A DNA stretch of 64,000 nt from an uncultured delta proteobacterium (lineage in GTDB: Bacteria > Desulfobacterota > Binatia > UTPRO1), in NCBI GenBank assembly GCA_963753325.1, contig CAVWBS010000001.1, forward strand, positions 1,642,297 to 1,706,296, written 5' to 3'. The stretch's first letter is position 1. Each line of letters opens with the position of its first letter. Shown in pieces: positions 12,072 through 22,379 of the stretch. The position numbers were made by a program, and so were the translations under genes. Below the pieces are notes generated by a model. That model had not been told where the DNA came from. It saw only the letters and a program-made list of their open reading frames with translations, and searched no databases.

Positions 12072-12806
12072 TCACCACGACTCGACCCAGGGTCGCAGGT
12101 CGATCTCGTGCGACCATGCGCTGCGCTGCTGCGCGTACAGCGTCCAGTAGTTCTCGGCGATCGCGTCGGGGTCGAGGAGGCCATCCGCACCGCGCGCCTC
12201 CTTGAGCCCCGGGAGAAAGGTGTTGATCCGGTCGCCGTCGATCGCGCCGTCGACGATGACGTGGGCGACGTGGATGCCCTGCGGATCGAACTCGCGCGCC
12301 GCCGATTGGGCGAGCGCACGCAGCGCCGCCTTGGCGGAGGCGAACGAGCCGAAGCCGGCGCGCCCGCGCAGCGACGCCGAGGCGCCGGTGAAGATCAACG
12401 TCCCGTGCTTGCGCGGCAGCATCGCCGCGAGCGCCGCCTGCGCGAACAGCAGGCCGGCGAGCGCGTTGACGCGCCACATCTCTTCGAGGAACGCGGCGTC
12501 GATCTCGAGGAACGGGCGCGGCCAATTGCCTCCCGCATTGAAGATGGCCGCATCGAGAGGCGCGTCGGCACGGTCGGCCGCCGCGACCATCGCGCGCACG
12601 AGCACGCCGTCGGTGACGTCGCCCACCACCGCCTCCGCGGCGTGGCCCGCGGCGCGCAGGTCGCGGAGCGTGGCATCGAGCTTCTCCGCGGAGCGGCCCA
12701 TGATGGTGACGTGGAACTCCTCCCGGGCGAAGCGCCGCGCGATGGCCGCGCCGAGGCCCCGCGGCGGCCCGACGCCCACGACGATTGCCGCGCGCGATGC
12801 TGCCAT
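12072..12806 (-). CDS. short-chain dehydrogenase/reductase (SDR)
   Basis: Has the N-terminal GxxxGxG-like cofactor motif (VVGVGPPRGLGAAIARRFA) and a catalytic tyrosine region. Confidence 0.85.
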   Translation of the reverse strand: MAASRAAIVVGVGPPRGLGAAIARRFAREEFHVTIMGRSAEKLDATLRDLRAAGHAAEAVVGDVTDGVLVRAMVAAADRADAPLDAAIFNAGGNWPRPFLEIDAAFLEEMWRVNALAGLLFAQAALAAMLPRKHGTLIFTGASASLRGRAGFGSFASAKAALRALAQSAAREFDPQGIHVAHVIVDGAIDGDRINTFLPGLKEARGADGLLDPDAIAENYWTLYAQQRSAWSHEIDLRPWVESW

Positions 12807-12918
12807 GCTGCACCTCCTGAGCGCCGCCCGTGCCGCGCGGCGCGATGGCGGACCCTCGCACCGGCGCGGACGTCAGTCAACGCCGCGCGGCCGGATCGCG
12901 CCGGTCGTCCCGACCCGC

Positions 12919-14871
12919 TCAGTGCGCGCTCAGCCGACGCTCGCCTTCCTCGACGGCGCTCCGCGCGCGATCGTCGTGGGGGTCGCGGCGGACCATGTCG
13001 CGCCACTCGACGAGTGCCTCGTTCGGGTGTCCCGAGGACCAGTAGGCGATGCCGAGATCGAACTGGATCTGCGCGACGCTCGGGTCGATGGCAAGCGCGC
13101 GCTTGTAGGCCTCCGCCGCGCCGGCGGCGTCGCCGATCGCCAGCAGGAAGTCGCCGTAGGCGCGGTCGCGGCGCAGCGCCGCGACCGGCACGCTCAGGCG
13201 ACTCCAGAGCCCGCCGGGCGCCGCCGGCGGCGCCCGGCGGGCGCGCAGTATCGCGAACTCCCGCTCGGCGTGCTCGCGGACGTCGCGGTGCGCCTCGTCG
13301 GTCGGCAGGTACAGCGACGCCGTCTCGTCGTAGTAGACCAGTTCCCAGCCATGTCCCGCGCGCAGGTAGCGGGCGAGCGGATGGCGGTTCGACCACACGT
13401 GGTAGAGGATCGCGTAGTCGGGCGCGTACCGCTCGACCACGCGCGGCCACGTCGATGGATCGTCGAGGACCCTGAAGTAGAAGCGGAAGAACTCCTCGGG
13501 GTAGACCTCGAGCCGTCCGTCGACGAACACGCGCTCCTCGGGAAAGCGACGCCACCCGAGGTAGCCGCCGGTCGCGAGGTCGTTGAAGGGCCGCCCCCCG
13601 ATGCCGACGGTCCGCGCGAACTCCTCGGCGGCGACGGGAAAGTGGAGCGGCGACACGCCCATGCCGACCTCGCGCTCGATGTCGAGCGCGCGGGCGAAGC
13701 GGTTCGTCGCGACGAACGCCAGCAGGACCAGCAGCGCAAGGACGACCGTCGCGGCGGCGAACGCCGGGAGCAGTGTCGCGAATCCGGAGCGGGCGCCGTC
13801 CTCGCTGCCCTGCCGCCGCCGCGCGCCGCGCGCCGCCGTGCCCGGAGACAGCACGCCTGGACGGAGCAGCGGCCCGAGATTGGCGGCGATCGCGGGCACG
13901 GCGATCCAGGCGAAGAGCGCCACGTTGCGCAGCGCCTGCGTCGAGAGCCAGGCGAACGCCGCCGTGATCAGCAGGCGGCCGAGATGCCAGCGGCGGACAC
14001 TCACGGCGAAGGACAGCGCGGCAACGGCGATCATCGTCGCCCACGTGTACGCGAGCGGCACGCCGTAGCCGGACTGGAACGGCGGCCGGAACTCGCCGAT
14101 CCGCCCCGAGAACACGGAGCTGCCCGTCACGCGCGGCAGCAGCTCGAAGGGAAACAGCACGCCCCGGAGGCCGTAGGGATTGAGAAAACAGACCGCGCAG
14201 GCCAGGCCGAGGACGATGGTGAGCCGGCGCCACTCCGGCGGCCGCAGCCCGTTTGCCCGGCGCCAACCGCGCGGCAGCGGCAGGAACGCCGCCGTGGCGC
14301 CCATCCAGTAGCAGCCGATCACCGCCAGGCCGACGGCGAAGATGCCCTGCGAATTGACCCACACGGCCTGCAACGGGACCAGCCAGAAGATCGCCTTGCC
14401 GTTCGCCGGGTAGCCGTCGAGGAGCCAGACGTAGCCGGCGAGCAGTGCGAACGACAGCATCTCCGGACGCGGAACGAACCGCGGGCTCGCGACGACGAGC
14501 GCCGTCGCGATCAATACGGCGACGAACGTGTCCGGAGCCGTCCGCCTGGCCGAGACGTACAGGACCCCGACCGTCAGGAGCAGAAGCGCGGCCGTCAGCA
14601 GGATGCAGCCGTTCGCGCCCGCGAGCGAGTAGGCGCCGTAGAGCAACAGCTGGAACAGCCAGTGCAGGTCGATCCAGGGATAGTCGGGAGCCGTGTAGGC
14701 GAAGGTATTGGTGGTCGGCCAGTGGCCGGCGGCCAGCATGAAGCGCCCGGCGTTCAAGTGATACCAGACGTCGAAATCGTCGATCGGCCGCAGCGCGAGC
14801 ACGGCGGCGAGAATGCCGGTGAGCGCGACCGCGAATCGTGACAGCCGTCGCGCGAGCAGTGTCGCGTCCAC
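12919..14871 (-). CDS. multi-pass membrane protein with C-terminal TPR repeats (GT-C/PMT-like or TMTC-like architecture)
   Basis: 650 aa. The N-terminal about 400 aa carry at least 10 TM helices; the C-terminal about 150 aa carry TPR-like repeats (AYGDFLLAIGDAAGAAEAYKRALAIDP...). It lies 8 nt downstream of the LpxO-like gene. Confidence 0.75.
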   Translation of the reverse strand: MDATLLARRLSRFAVALTGILAAVLALRPIDDFDVWYHLNAGRFMLAAGHWPTTNTFAYTAPDYPWIDLHWLFQLLLYGAYSLAGANGCILLTAALLLLTVGVLYVSARRTAPDTFVAVLIATALVVASPRFVPRPEMLSFALLAGYVWLLDGYPANGKAIFWLVPLQAVWVNSQGIFAVGLAVIGCYWMGATAAFLPLPRGWRRANGLRPPEWRRLTIVLGLACAVCFLNPYGLRGVLFPFELLPRVTGSSVFSGRIGEFRPPFQSGYGVPLAYTWATMIAVAALSFAVSVRRWHLGRLLITAAFAWLSTQALRNVALFAWIAVPAIAANLGPLLRPGVLSPGTAARGARRRQGSEDGARSGFATLLPAFAAATVVLALLVLLAFVATNRFARALDIEREVGMGVSPLHFPVAAEEFARTVGIGGRPFNDLATGGYLGWRRFPEERVFVDGRLEVYPEEFFRFYFRVLDDPSTWPRVVERYAPDYAILYHVWSNRHPLARYLRAGHGWELVYYDETASLYLPTDEAHRDVREHAEREFAILRARRAPPAAPGGLWSRLSVPVAALRRDRAYGDFLLAIGDAAGAAEAYKRALAIDPSVAQIQFDLGIAYWSSGHPNEALVEWRDMVRRDPHDDRARSAVEEGERRLSAH

Positions 14872-14878
14872 GGCGCGC

Positions 14879-15814
14879 TCAGCGCAGGGCGTGATAGCCG
14901 CCGAAGACGGCGAGCCACACGACGACCAGGATGAGCGCGTACTTGATCGCGTAGTACGCGCGCCGGTTCCGTTTCTTGAAGCGACGGAAGGGCGTGCGCA
15001 GCCCGTACACGCGACCGAAGGCGCGGTTCGCGAGCCCGACCCGCTCGCCGTCGACGTTCTTGGTGGCCGTCATACCCATGACGTGGCGGATCACGAAGCG
15101 ATTCAGGGCACGCATGAGCGGGGTCCGCAGCGGCCGCTCAAGGTCGCAGAACAGGATGATGCGCGTCTCGTCGGTGAGGTTCTCGAAGCGATGCACGTAC
15201 GTCTCGTCGAAGACCAGATCCTCGCCGTCGCGCCAGGAATAGGGCTGGCCGTCGACGAAGATGCGGCACTCGTCGCGATTGGGCGTGATCAACCCGAGGT
15301 GGTAGCGCAAGGAGCCCGCGAACGGGTCGCGGTGTTCGCCGACTCTGCTCTGCGGCCCGATGAGGGCGAACATGGCGCCGTGCACGCTGGGGATCGACTC
15401 GACCAGCTCGACCGTCCGCGGGCACAACGCCTTCGCCGACGGCGGCGGCTCGCCGTACCACTTCAGGTAGAAGCGCTTCCAGCCCTTGCGGAAGAAGGTG
15501 TTGAACCCGAGGTCGTCGTGGTGCTCCGACGCGCGGATGTGGCCGGCCTCGAAGAGGCGCATCGCCTCCTCGCGGATCTCGCGCCAATGGTCGCGTAGCG
15601 GCGCCAGCGCGGGAAAGTCGGCGACGTCGAGCATCGGCGTCGTCGGCACCCGCGAGAGCAGGTAGACGAGCACGTTGTACGGGGCGAGGAAGGTGGAATG
15701 ATCCGTCAGCTGCCGACGAAAGCTCAGGCGGACGCGCCCCCGGTAGTGGACGTAGAGGACGCACGCCAGGAAGCCGGCGAAGATGGTGACGCGACTGAAG
15801 GCGAGCGCGCTCAC
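14879..15814 (-). CDS. lpxO: aspartyl/asparaginyl beta-hydroxylase family Fe(II)/2OG dioxygenase (LpxO-like lipid A hydroxylase)
   Basis: FNTFFRKGWKRFYLKWYG...HRDPF...HLGL match the Asp/Asn hydroxylase fold. N- and C-terminal TM helices are present as in LpxO. Confidence 0.8.
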   Translation of the reverse strand: MSALAFSRVTIFAGFLACVLYVHYRGRVRLSFRRQLTDHSTFLAPYNVLVYLLSRVPTTPMLDVADFPALAPLRDHWREIREEAMRLFEAGHIRASEHHDDLGFNTFFRKGWKRFYLKWYGEPPPSAKALCPRTVELVESIPSVHGAMFALIGPQSRVGEHRDPFAGSLRYHLGLITPNRDECRIFVDGQPYSWRDGEDLVFDETYVHRFENLTDETRIILFCDLERPLRTPLMRALNRFVIRHVMGMTATKNVDGERVGLANRAFGRVYGLRTPFRRFKKRNRRAYYAIKYALILVVVWLAVFGGYHALR

Positions 15815-15860
15815 GCGCCTCTCAGATATTCGACGACGCGCGCGCTCGGCAAGGACCCCC

Positions 15861-17054
15861 TCATCGCACTTCCGCCTCGAGGTACGGCGACGGCATCGGC
15901 GTCGTGTAGGGCCACGGTTGCGCGTCCGTCGCGCCGACGAGCGCCCGCACGAACGCGTCCTGACGCGCGCGGGCCTCCGGCACGGCGAGCCCGTGGTTCA
16001 GCACGGCGAACAGCACGATGCCCCGTCCCGGCGTTCGCAGCGCCCCTGCGAGCGCGGAGGCACCCACCGAGCCGTACGTTCCGGTCTTTCCGACGACCGT
16101 CCCGCGATGATCGAGCAGCCGCTTCTCGAGCGTCCCCGGATCGACGCCCGAGACCGGCAGCACTGCCGTCAGGTCATTGCCGGCGCGCGCCAGCTCGGTC
16201 GCGAGCGCGCCGAGCAGCGCGACCGTCGCCCGCGGGCTGAGGCGATTCGTGCTGCCCGCGCCGGCGGCGTTGTCGATGACGATCTCCGTGCCGAGGTCGG
16301 ACGCCACCCGGGCGCGCGCCCGCGCCTGCACCACCGACGCGCCTCCGATCGCGTCGGCGACGAGGTGGAAGACGTTGTTCGAATACCCGTTCAACGCCTT
16401 CACGAGGTGCAGCAGCGGCGGAGAGCGATAGGTCGCCAGCGTCTCGGCCCGCGCGAGCGGCATCGTCCGATGGCCGAACGCGAGCGGGGCGGTGTCGTAG
16501 CCGCGGCCCGGGGACGCGACGCCCGGCTGCGCGAGCGCCACACGAGCCGCCCCGCCGGACTCACCGTGCAGCACCGCCTCGAGGCGCCGCCCCGCCGGGT
16601 CGGGCTGCCAGTCGAAGAGCAGCGGCCCGTGCACCACGAGCCGTCCGGCGACCGTGCGCACCCCGCGCGCGTGCAAGCGGTCGAGCAGCAGCAATGCGCC
16701 TTCGTCGACGAGCAGCGGATCGCCGCTCGCCTCGACGACCAGGTCGCCGCGGAGCGTACCGTCCTGGAGCGTGCCGGTCCCGCTCACGGTGGTCACGAAG
16801 CGATGCGCCGGGCCGAGGCGCTCGAGCAGCGCGAGCGTCGTCGCGACCTTGGTGACCGACGCCGGATGCACCGCCCGATCCGCCGCCTGCGATACCAGCA
16901 CCGTGCCGTCGGCGGCGACCGCGTACACGCCCTGCCCGGCTCCCACGGTCTCCGCGAGGGCTTGCAGCGGCGGCTCGGCCGCCGCGAGCGCGCCCCGCAG
17001 CACGGCCCCCACGACGAGCGCGACGGAGAACCACGGCGGCGATGGACGCGGCAT
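15861..17054 (-). CDS. dacB: D-alanyl-D-alanine carboxypeptidase/endopeptidase, PBP4 (S13) family
   Basis: SxxK (ASVTKV), SxN (YSNN) and KTG (GKTGT) motifs, with a signal peptide. The start is chosen at an internal ATG (MPRPSPPWFSVALVVGAVL). Confidence 0.8.
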   Translation of the reverse strand: MPRPSPPWFSVALVVGAVLRGALAAAEPPLQALAETVGAGQGVYAVAADGTVLVSQAADRAVHPASVTKVATTLALLERLGPAHRFVTTVSGTGTLQDGTLRGDLVVEASGDPLLVDEGALLLLDRLHARGVRTVAGRLVVHGPLLFDWQPDPAGRRLEAVLHGESGGAARVALAQPGVASPGRGYDTAPLAFGHRTMPLARAETLATYRSPPLLHLVKALNGYSNNVFHLVADAIGGASVVQARARARVASDLGTEIVIDNAAGAGSTNRLSPRATVALLGALATELARAGNDLTAVLPVSGVDPGTLEKRLLDHRGTVVGKTGTYGSVGASALAGALRTPGRGIVLFAVLNHGLAVPEARARQDAFVRALVGATDAQPWPYTTPMPSPYLEAEVR

Positions 17055-17155
17055 GCTCGATGATTGTGCGGACGCGGACGCCGGCGTCAACGTCCGCCGC
17101 GCCTGTTGCAAGCCGGTCGGCGCGTGACTACGACGCGAGGGGGAGGAGGCCCCTC

Positions 17156-17755
17156 ATGGTGACGCTCTACTTCGCGCCCCGCACCCGCTCCGTGCGCGTC
17201 CGCTGGCTGCTCGAGGAGCTCGACCTGCCCTACACGCTGCGGCGGGTGACGTTCAACGTGCCGAAGCGGGTCTTCTCCCAGGACACGCCGCTCGGCAAGC
17301 TCCCGGTGATCGAGGACGACGGCGTCACGATCTGCGAGTCCGGGGCGATCGTCGAGTACATCCTCGAGCGCTACGGCGCGGGACGCCTGGCGCCGGCGAT
17401 CGGCTCGCCGTTGCGCGGCCCGTTTCTCCAGTGGGTCCACTTCGCCGAGAGCACCGCGTTCCCGCCGCTCGGCGTGCTCGTCTGGCACGGCCTCTACCAG
17501 GGCGACGCCGATCGCCATCCCGAGGTCATCGCCCACGCGCGCGAGCGTGCGGACGGCGCGCTCGCGTTCGTGGAGCGGGCGCTCGCCGGCAAGCCGTACC
17601 TGCTCGGCGACGAGTTTACCGCCGCCGACATCATGATGGGCTTCACCCTGATCGCGGCGCGCCTGCTCGGCGTCCTCGACGCCCGCTATCCGGAGCTCGC
17701 CCGATACGTCGAGCGGCTCGAGGCGCGCCCCGCCTTGCAAGCGGCCGCGCGGTGA
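17156..17755 (+). CDS. glutathione S-transferase
   Basis: GST N-terminal thioredoxin-like and C-terminal helical domains. A GGGAGGAGG RBS precedes the start. Confidence 0.85.
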   Translation: MVTLYFAPRTRSVRVRWLLEELDLPYTLRRVTFNVPKRVFSQDTPLGKLPVIEDDGVTICESGAIVEYILERYGAGRLAPAIGSPLRGPFLQWVHFAESTAFPPLGVLVWHGLYQGDADRHPEVIAHARERADGALAFVERALAGKPYLLGDEFTAADIMMGFTLIAARLLGVLDARYPELARYVERLEARPALQAAAR

Positions 17756-17806
17756 CGGGCAGGCCGCAGCGACCGTGCACGGGTGCGCGGTCGGGCAGCG
17801 GCGCGG

Positions 17807-18967
17807 CTAGATACGCAGGAACAGACGCCGGCGGTAGAGCTGGGTCGTCGGCACCATGCAGACGAGCAGGTAGGCGACGGCGAACAGCAGCGACCCCGTG
17901 AGGGCCCCTGCCCAGGGCTCGAAGAGGCGCTCGTAGAGGAACAGCCGCAGGGACTCGTAGGTGTCCCCCGCCGATACCTGGCATAGCTCCATCAGCCGCG
18001 CGCCGATCGTCGAGAGCAGATACAGCGCAAGTGCGTTGCTGCCGAGCATCACGAACGGCCGGGCGAGCCCTTCATGGCCGCGATGGTCGACGACGTGATG
18101 GCAGAGCGCGAGCGCGAGGAGCCCGAGACCGCCGGTGAGCAGGACGAACGAGCTCGTCCAGAGCTGCTTGTTGATCGGGAACCAGTGGTCGGCGATCTCG
18201 CCCGCGACGGCGAGCCCGATGCCGGCGGCCACGAGACCGAGCGTCTTCCGCCGGCCGTCGACGGGCGCACGCAGCCAGCGAGCCGCGAGCATCCCGAGGA
18301 GCGTCGTCGCCAGGGCCGGGACGGTGCTCAGCAGGCCCTCGGGATCGAAGCCGTCGCGATAGAGGTGGCCGTGGAAGAGCCAGTCGTCGACGTAGCCGAC
18401 GAGATTGGCCTGCGGCGCCAGGGTGCCCGCGCCGACGCCCGGCGCCGGCACGAAGGTCAGGATGAGCCAGTAGGCGACCAGCAGGAGCACGACCGTCACG
18501 GCCTGTCCGTATGCCCCGGTCCAGAGGAACAGCATGCCGCCGAGCAGGGAGCAGAGGCCGATCCGCTGCAGGACGCCGAAAATCCTGAGCGTCGACGGCT
18601 CGGAGTAGTCGGGGAAGCCGTTCAGCAGCACGCCGAGCGCGAAGAGCAGGAGGGCACGCCGGGCGAGCCCCACCAGCAGCGGCCGCACGCCGTCGCCGCG
18701 CGCCACGCGGCGCGACAGCGACAGGTCGATCGATACCCCCACGATCAGCAGGAACGACGGGAAGACCAGGTCGGCGAACGTCCAGCCGTTCCACGCGGAA
18801 TGCGCCATCCACGGATAGCCGTCGGTCCAGCTCCCGGGGTTGTTCACCAGGATCATGCCGGCGACGGTGAGCCCGCGCATGGCATCGAGCGATTCGAGAC
18901 GGTGCGGGCGCGATGGGACGCGTCCGTCGGATGGCCTCGTCGTGGGTGGCCGCGCTCCGCGCCACAT
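17807..18967 (-). CDS. membrane acyltransferase, HGSNAT/DUF1624-like (N-acetyltransferase family)
   Basis: RLESLDAMRGLTVAGMILVNN matches the acyltransferase-3/DUF1624 N-terminus, and about 10 TM helices follow. The upstream half of ORF 17807..19906 is antisense to the GGDEF gene and was rejected. Confidence 0.65.
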   Translation of the reverse strand: MWRGARPPTTRPSDGRVPSRPHRLESLDAMRGLTVAGMILVNNPGSWTDGYPWMAHSAWNGWTFADLVFPSFLLIVGVSIDLSLSRRVARGDGVRPLLVGLARRALLLFALGVLLNGFPDYSEPSTLRIFGVLQRIGLCSLLGGMLFLWTGAYGQAVTVVLLLVAYWLILTFVPAPGVGAGTLAPQANLVGYVDDWLFHGHLYRDGFDPEGLLSTVPALATTLLGMLAARWLRAPVDGRRKTLGLVAAGIGLAVAGEIADHWFPINKQLWTSSFVLLTGGLGLLALALCHHVVDHRGHEGLARPFVMLGSNALALYLLSTIGARLMELCQVSAGDTYESLRLFLYERLFEPWAGALTGSLLFAVAYLLVCMVPTTQLYRRRLFLRI

Positions 18968-19129
18968 GCCACAGCTCATGAGCAATTCCGATACCGACCT
19001 GGCGTCGGCCCTGGCGCGAGCACGATCGCCCCTCTTCCGGGCGACGGAGCCGCCGCCGCGCTCCCGCGTGCCCGTCCGAGCGGCAGCGCTGCCCGTTCGG
19101 TGGGCGAATGGCGCCCCCGGTCCGGACTG

Positions 19130-20551
19130 ATGTACACCACAGTCGTGGACCCGACCGGCCCGCGCCCCGACCGATCCGGCGAGACCCATGTGGTCGACGT
19201 CGCGCAGCGTCTGCGCGAGCTCGAGACGCTGTACGAGAGCCTGCGCATGATCAGCTCGACGCTCGACCTCGGCGCGCTCGTTCGCCGCGTGCTGGACGCG
19301 ATCCGCGCCGTCACCTCGGCCGAGGCGCTGTCGCTCCTCCTCTACGACGCCGAGCGGCACGAGCTCGTCTTCGCCGCCAGCGAAATGATCTGCACGGAGA
19401 CCCTCGCTGGCGGCCGGCGCTCCGATATCCGTTCGGACGGCGCGCCGCTCACGGCCCGCCTGCAGGGGGCGAACGGCGAGCGCGGGATCATCGAGCTGCG
19501 CGAGCGCGCCGACGATCGCCCGTTCGACGAAACCGACCAGCGGCGGCTGGACGCCGTCGCGGCGGTGCTCGCCGACACGCTCGACGGGGAGACGATCGCG
19601 CACGATGCGGCGGCCCTTCAGGCCGCGTTCGCACGGATCGCCGCCGCGGTGCCGAGCCTCACGGCCACCCTGCTCTTGCGCGACGACGCGGGACGGGAGT
19701 TGGCGTTCTCCTCGTCGCACGTCATCCGGTCGGGCGGCGTGGACGGCGTGCGTCTGCGGCTCGATCAGGGCATCGCCGGCTGGGTTGCCCGTCACCGCGA
19801 GGCCGTGCGCCTGGAGAACGCCTCCGAGGATCCCCGTCACGATCCCACGCTCGCGCGCAAGACCGGCTTCGTCCCCCGCGCGATGCTGTGCGTCCCATTG
19901 GTGCATCAGGACACGCTCCTCGGCGTCCTGCAGGTGATCAACAAACGCGACGGCGCGAGCTTCACCGCGAACGAGCTACGCCTGGTGCAGACGCTCGGCA
20001 CGCAGGCGGCGGGCGCCATCGCCCACGCCCAGCTCTATCGGCAGGTGACGATCGCGTCGCTCACGGACGATCTCACCGGCCTCGGCAACACGCGCCGCTT
20101 CAACGCCGAGCTGCCGGCGGCGCTGGCACGCGGCGGCGAGGTGTCCCTGCTGGTCCTCGATCTCGACGCGCTGAAGGGCATCGTCGATCGTCACGGACAC
20201 CTCGTCGGCAGCCGCGCCATCGCCACGGTCGGCCGATTGATCGGCGAGCGCCTGCGCCCGGGCGACATCGCCGCCCGCTTCGGAGGGGACGAGTTCGTCG
20301 TCATCCTGCCCGCCACCTCCAGCGCCGTCGCGGCCGCCGTCGCGGAGTCGATCCGCGACGCCGTCGCGCGCTGCACCCGGCCCGACGGCATGGAGGTCGA
20401 CCTCAGCGCGCTCACCGCCAGCATCGGCGTCGCGACCTTCCCCTCGCACGCCACGACCGTCGAGCGCCTGTTCCGTCTGGCCGATCGCGCCATGTATCGC
20501 GTCAAGAACGGCGGCAAGAACGGCGTCGCCGTCGCCGACGGCAACGAGTGA
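19130..20551 (+). CDS. GAF domain-containing diguanylate cyclase (GGDEF)
   Basis: Two GAF-like regions followed by a GGDEF domain containing RFGGDEF. The start is an internal ATG (MYTTVVD) of ORF 18074..20551. Confidence 0.85.
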   Translation: MYTTVVDPTGPRPDRSGETHVVDVAQRLRELETLYESLRMISSTLDLGALVRRVLDAIRAVTSAEALSLLLYDAERHELVFAASEMICTETLAGGRRSDIRSDGAPLTARLQGANGERGIIELRERADDRPFDETDQRRLDAVAAVLADTLDGETIAHDAAALQAAFARIAAAVPSLTATLLLRDDAGRELAFSSSHVIRSGGVDGVRLRLDQGIAGWVARHREAVRLENASEDPRHDPTLARKTGFVPRAMLCVPLVHQDTLLGVLQVINKRDGASFTANELRLVQTLGTQAAGAIAHAQLYRQVTIASLTDDLTGLGNTRRFNAELPAALARGGEVSLLVLDLDALKGIVDRHGHLVGSRAIATVGRLIGERLRPGDIAARFGGDEFVVILPATSSAVAAAVAESIRDAVARCTRPDGMEVDLSALTASIGVATFPSHATTVERLFRLADRAMYRVKNGGKNGVAVADGNE

Positions 20552-20620
20552 TCCGGCGCTCCCGCGCCCGGCGCCGCATGCGCGCGAGCACCCCCATCGA
20601 GTAGCAACCCGCGCTCGACT

Positions 20621-21094
20621 ATGCTCTCTGGCGCCATGGCTTCCACGCTCGCTCGCTGCGCGCTGGCGGGGCTGCTTGCCGCCCTCGCCGCCTCCCCGGT
20701 CGCCCACGCGGCGCTCGGAGACGACGTGTCCTCGGTCGAGGCCGACCGCGCGCACCTGCGCGGTGCCCTGCGCGTCGCGAGCGCGGCGCGCTACGCCGTA
20801 CATGAGATCACCGTCCAATCCGGCGCGGTCGTGCGCGAGTACGTCTCCCCGAGCGGACACGTCTTCGCGCTCACCTGGTCGAGTCCGGGGCCGCCCGATC
20901 TGCGCCAGCTCCTCGGGACCTACTTCCCGCGCTTCGCGCGCGCGGCCGCGGCACGCGGCCCGGGGCACCGACCGTTCACGGTGCACGACCAGACGCTGGT
21001 GGTCGAGTTCGGCGGCCGCCTCCGCGCCTTCGTGGGCCTCGCCTATCTGACCGATCAGATGCCCGCAGGCGTCCGCGCGCAGGAGTTGCCGTGA
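20621..21094 (+). CDS. secreted hypothetical protein (DUF2844-like)
   Basis: Signal peptide present. It is co-oriented with and overlaps the next gene by ATGA. Confidence 0.6.
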   Translation: MLSGAMASTLARCALAGLLAALAASPVAHAALGDDVSSVEADRAHLRGALRVASAARYAVHEITVQSGAVVREYVSPSGHVFALTWSSPGPPDLRQLLGTYFPRFARAAAARGPGHRPFTVHDQTLVVEFGGRLRAFVGLAYLTDQMPAGVRAQELP

Positions 21095-22362
21095 CCGGAG
21101 CTACGCACCGCGTCCTGGCACTCGCCACGTTCGTCCTCGTCGTCGCCGCCGGCTGCGGCGGTGGCGGCGGCTCCGACAACTCGCAGCCCGCGGCAACGGC
21201 AACACCGACGCCGCGCGCGACGGCGACGACGCCCGCGCCGGGCGCGACGTCGACGGCCGACGGCGTGCCGCACATCGAGACGATCGTCGTCGATCCCGGC
21301 CCCACGGGCACCTACGTGAACGGGCTCTTCGCCACCATCACGGTCTGCGCTCCCGGCTCCGTCTCGTGCGTCACCGTCGATCACGTGCTGGTCGACACCG
21401 GCTCGAGCGGCGTGCGTATCCTCGCCTCCGCGCTGCCGCTCACCCTGCCGACGGAGACCGATGCCGGCGGCGGCCCGATCGCCGAGTGCTTCCCCTTTCT
21501 CGACGCGTTCACCTGGGGCCCGATCCGCTTCGGCGACGTCGTGATCGGCGCTCAGGCTGCGCACGACGTGCCGCTGCAGGTGATCGGCGACCCGACGTTC
21601 GCCGCACCGCCGGACGGCTGCACCGGCTCCGGGCTGCCGGCGGCCGACACACTCGACAAGCTCGGCGCAAACGGCATCCTCGGGATCGGCGTGTTCCGTC
21701 AGGACTGCGGCGCCTTCTGCGCCTCGAGCGGCGGCGCCAGCGGCAACGTCTACTTCACCTGCGCCGGCGCGGCCTGCGATCCCGTCAGCCAGGCGGTCGA
21801 TCAACAGGTGCAGAATCCCGTCTGGCTCATGCCGGGGGAAAACAACGGCGTCGTGATCGAGCTGCCGTCGATTTCCGACGCCGGCGCACCGACGGCGACC
21901 GGCTCGCTCACCCTCGGCATCGGCACCAACGACGCGAACGCGCTCGGCGCCGCGCAGGCGCTGCCGCTCACCACGGCCGGCACGTTCACGACCGTCTTCA
22001 ACGGCGAGTCGTTCGCCGTCAGCTTCGTCGATACCGGCTCGAACGGCTTCTTCTTCCTCGATCCCGCGACGACCGGCATCCCGACGTGCAACACCAACGC
22101 CGACTTCTACTGCCCGCCCTCCACGCTGTCGTTGCAGGCGACGCAGCACGCCACCAACGGTACCGAGGTCGCGGTGGGCTTCCAGGTCGCGAACGCGCGG
22201 ACGCTGTTCGCCAACCAGGACGCGTTCGCCTACGACGACCTCGCCGGCCCCGGACCGCACATGTTCGACTGGGGCCTGCCGTTCTTCTTCGGCCGACGCG
22301 TCCTGGTCGCCATCGAAGGACAGTCGACGCCGGCCGGCGCGGGCCCGTACGTCGCGTACTGA
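21091..22362 (+). CDS. lipoprotein (DUF3443-like), lipobox VAAGC
   Basis: Signal peptide with lipobox, a PT linker and multiple conserved Cys. This is the usual partner of DUF2844. Confidence 0.65.
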   Translation: MTGATHRVLALATFVLVVAAGCGGGGGSDNSQPAATATPTPRATATTPAPGATSTADGVPHIETIVVDPGPTGTYVNGLFATITVCAPGSVSCVTVDHVLVDTGSSGVRILASALPLTLPTETDAGGGPIAECFPFLDAFTWGPIRFGDVVIGAQAAHDVPLQVIGDPTFAAPPDGCTGSGLPAADTLDKLGANGILGIGVFRQDCGAFCASSGGASGNVYFTCAGAACDPVSQAVDQQVQNPVWLMPGENNGVVIELPSISDAGAPTATGSLTLGIGTNDANALGAAQALPLTTAGTFTTVFNGESFAVSFVDTGSNGFFFLDPATTGIPTCNTNADFYCPPSTLSLQATQHATNGTEVAVGFQVANARTLFANQDAFAYDDLAGPGPHMFDWGLPFFFGRRVLVAIEGQSTPAGAGPYVAY

Positions 22363-22379
22363 CGCGCGCGGCGGCTAGC

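Noticed and set aside
12202-14841. ORF 12202..14841 (+, 879 aa) and ORF 12395..14362 (-, 655 aa)
   Set aside because: They are antisense or off-frame to the SDR and TPR-membrane genes, with Arg/Ala/Pro-rich translations.
17756-17806. Terminator hairpin between the convergent GST and acyltransferase genes
   Set aside because: Only a 6-bp partial complementarity (cgaccg/cggtcg) was found, which is not convincing.
17807-19906. 699-aa minus-strand ORF treated as one protein
   Set aside because: Only the 3' portion (from 18967) shows TM and acyltransferase motifs. The 5' portion is antisense to the GGDEF gene.
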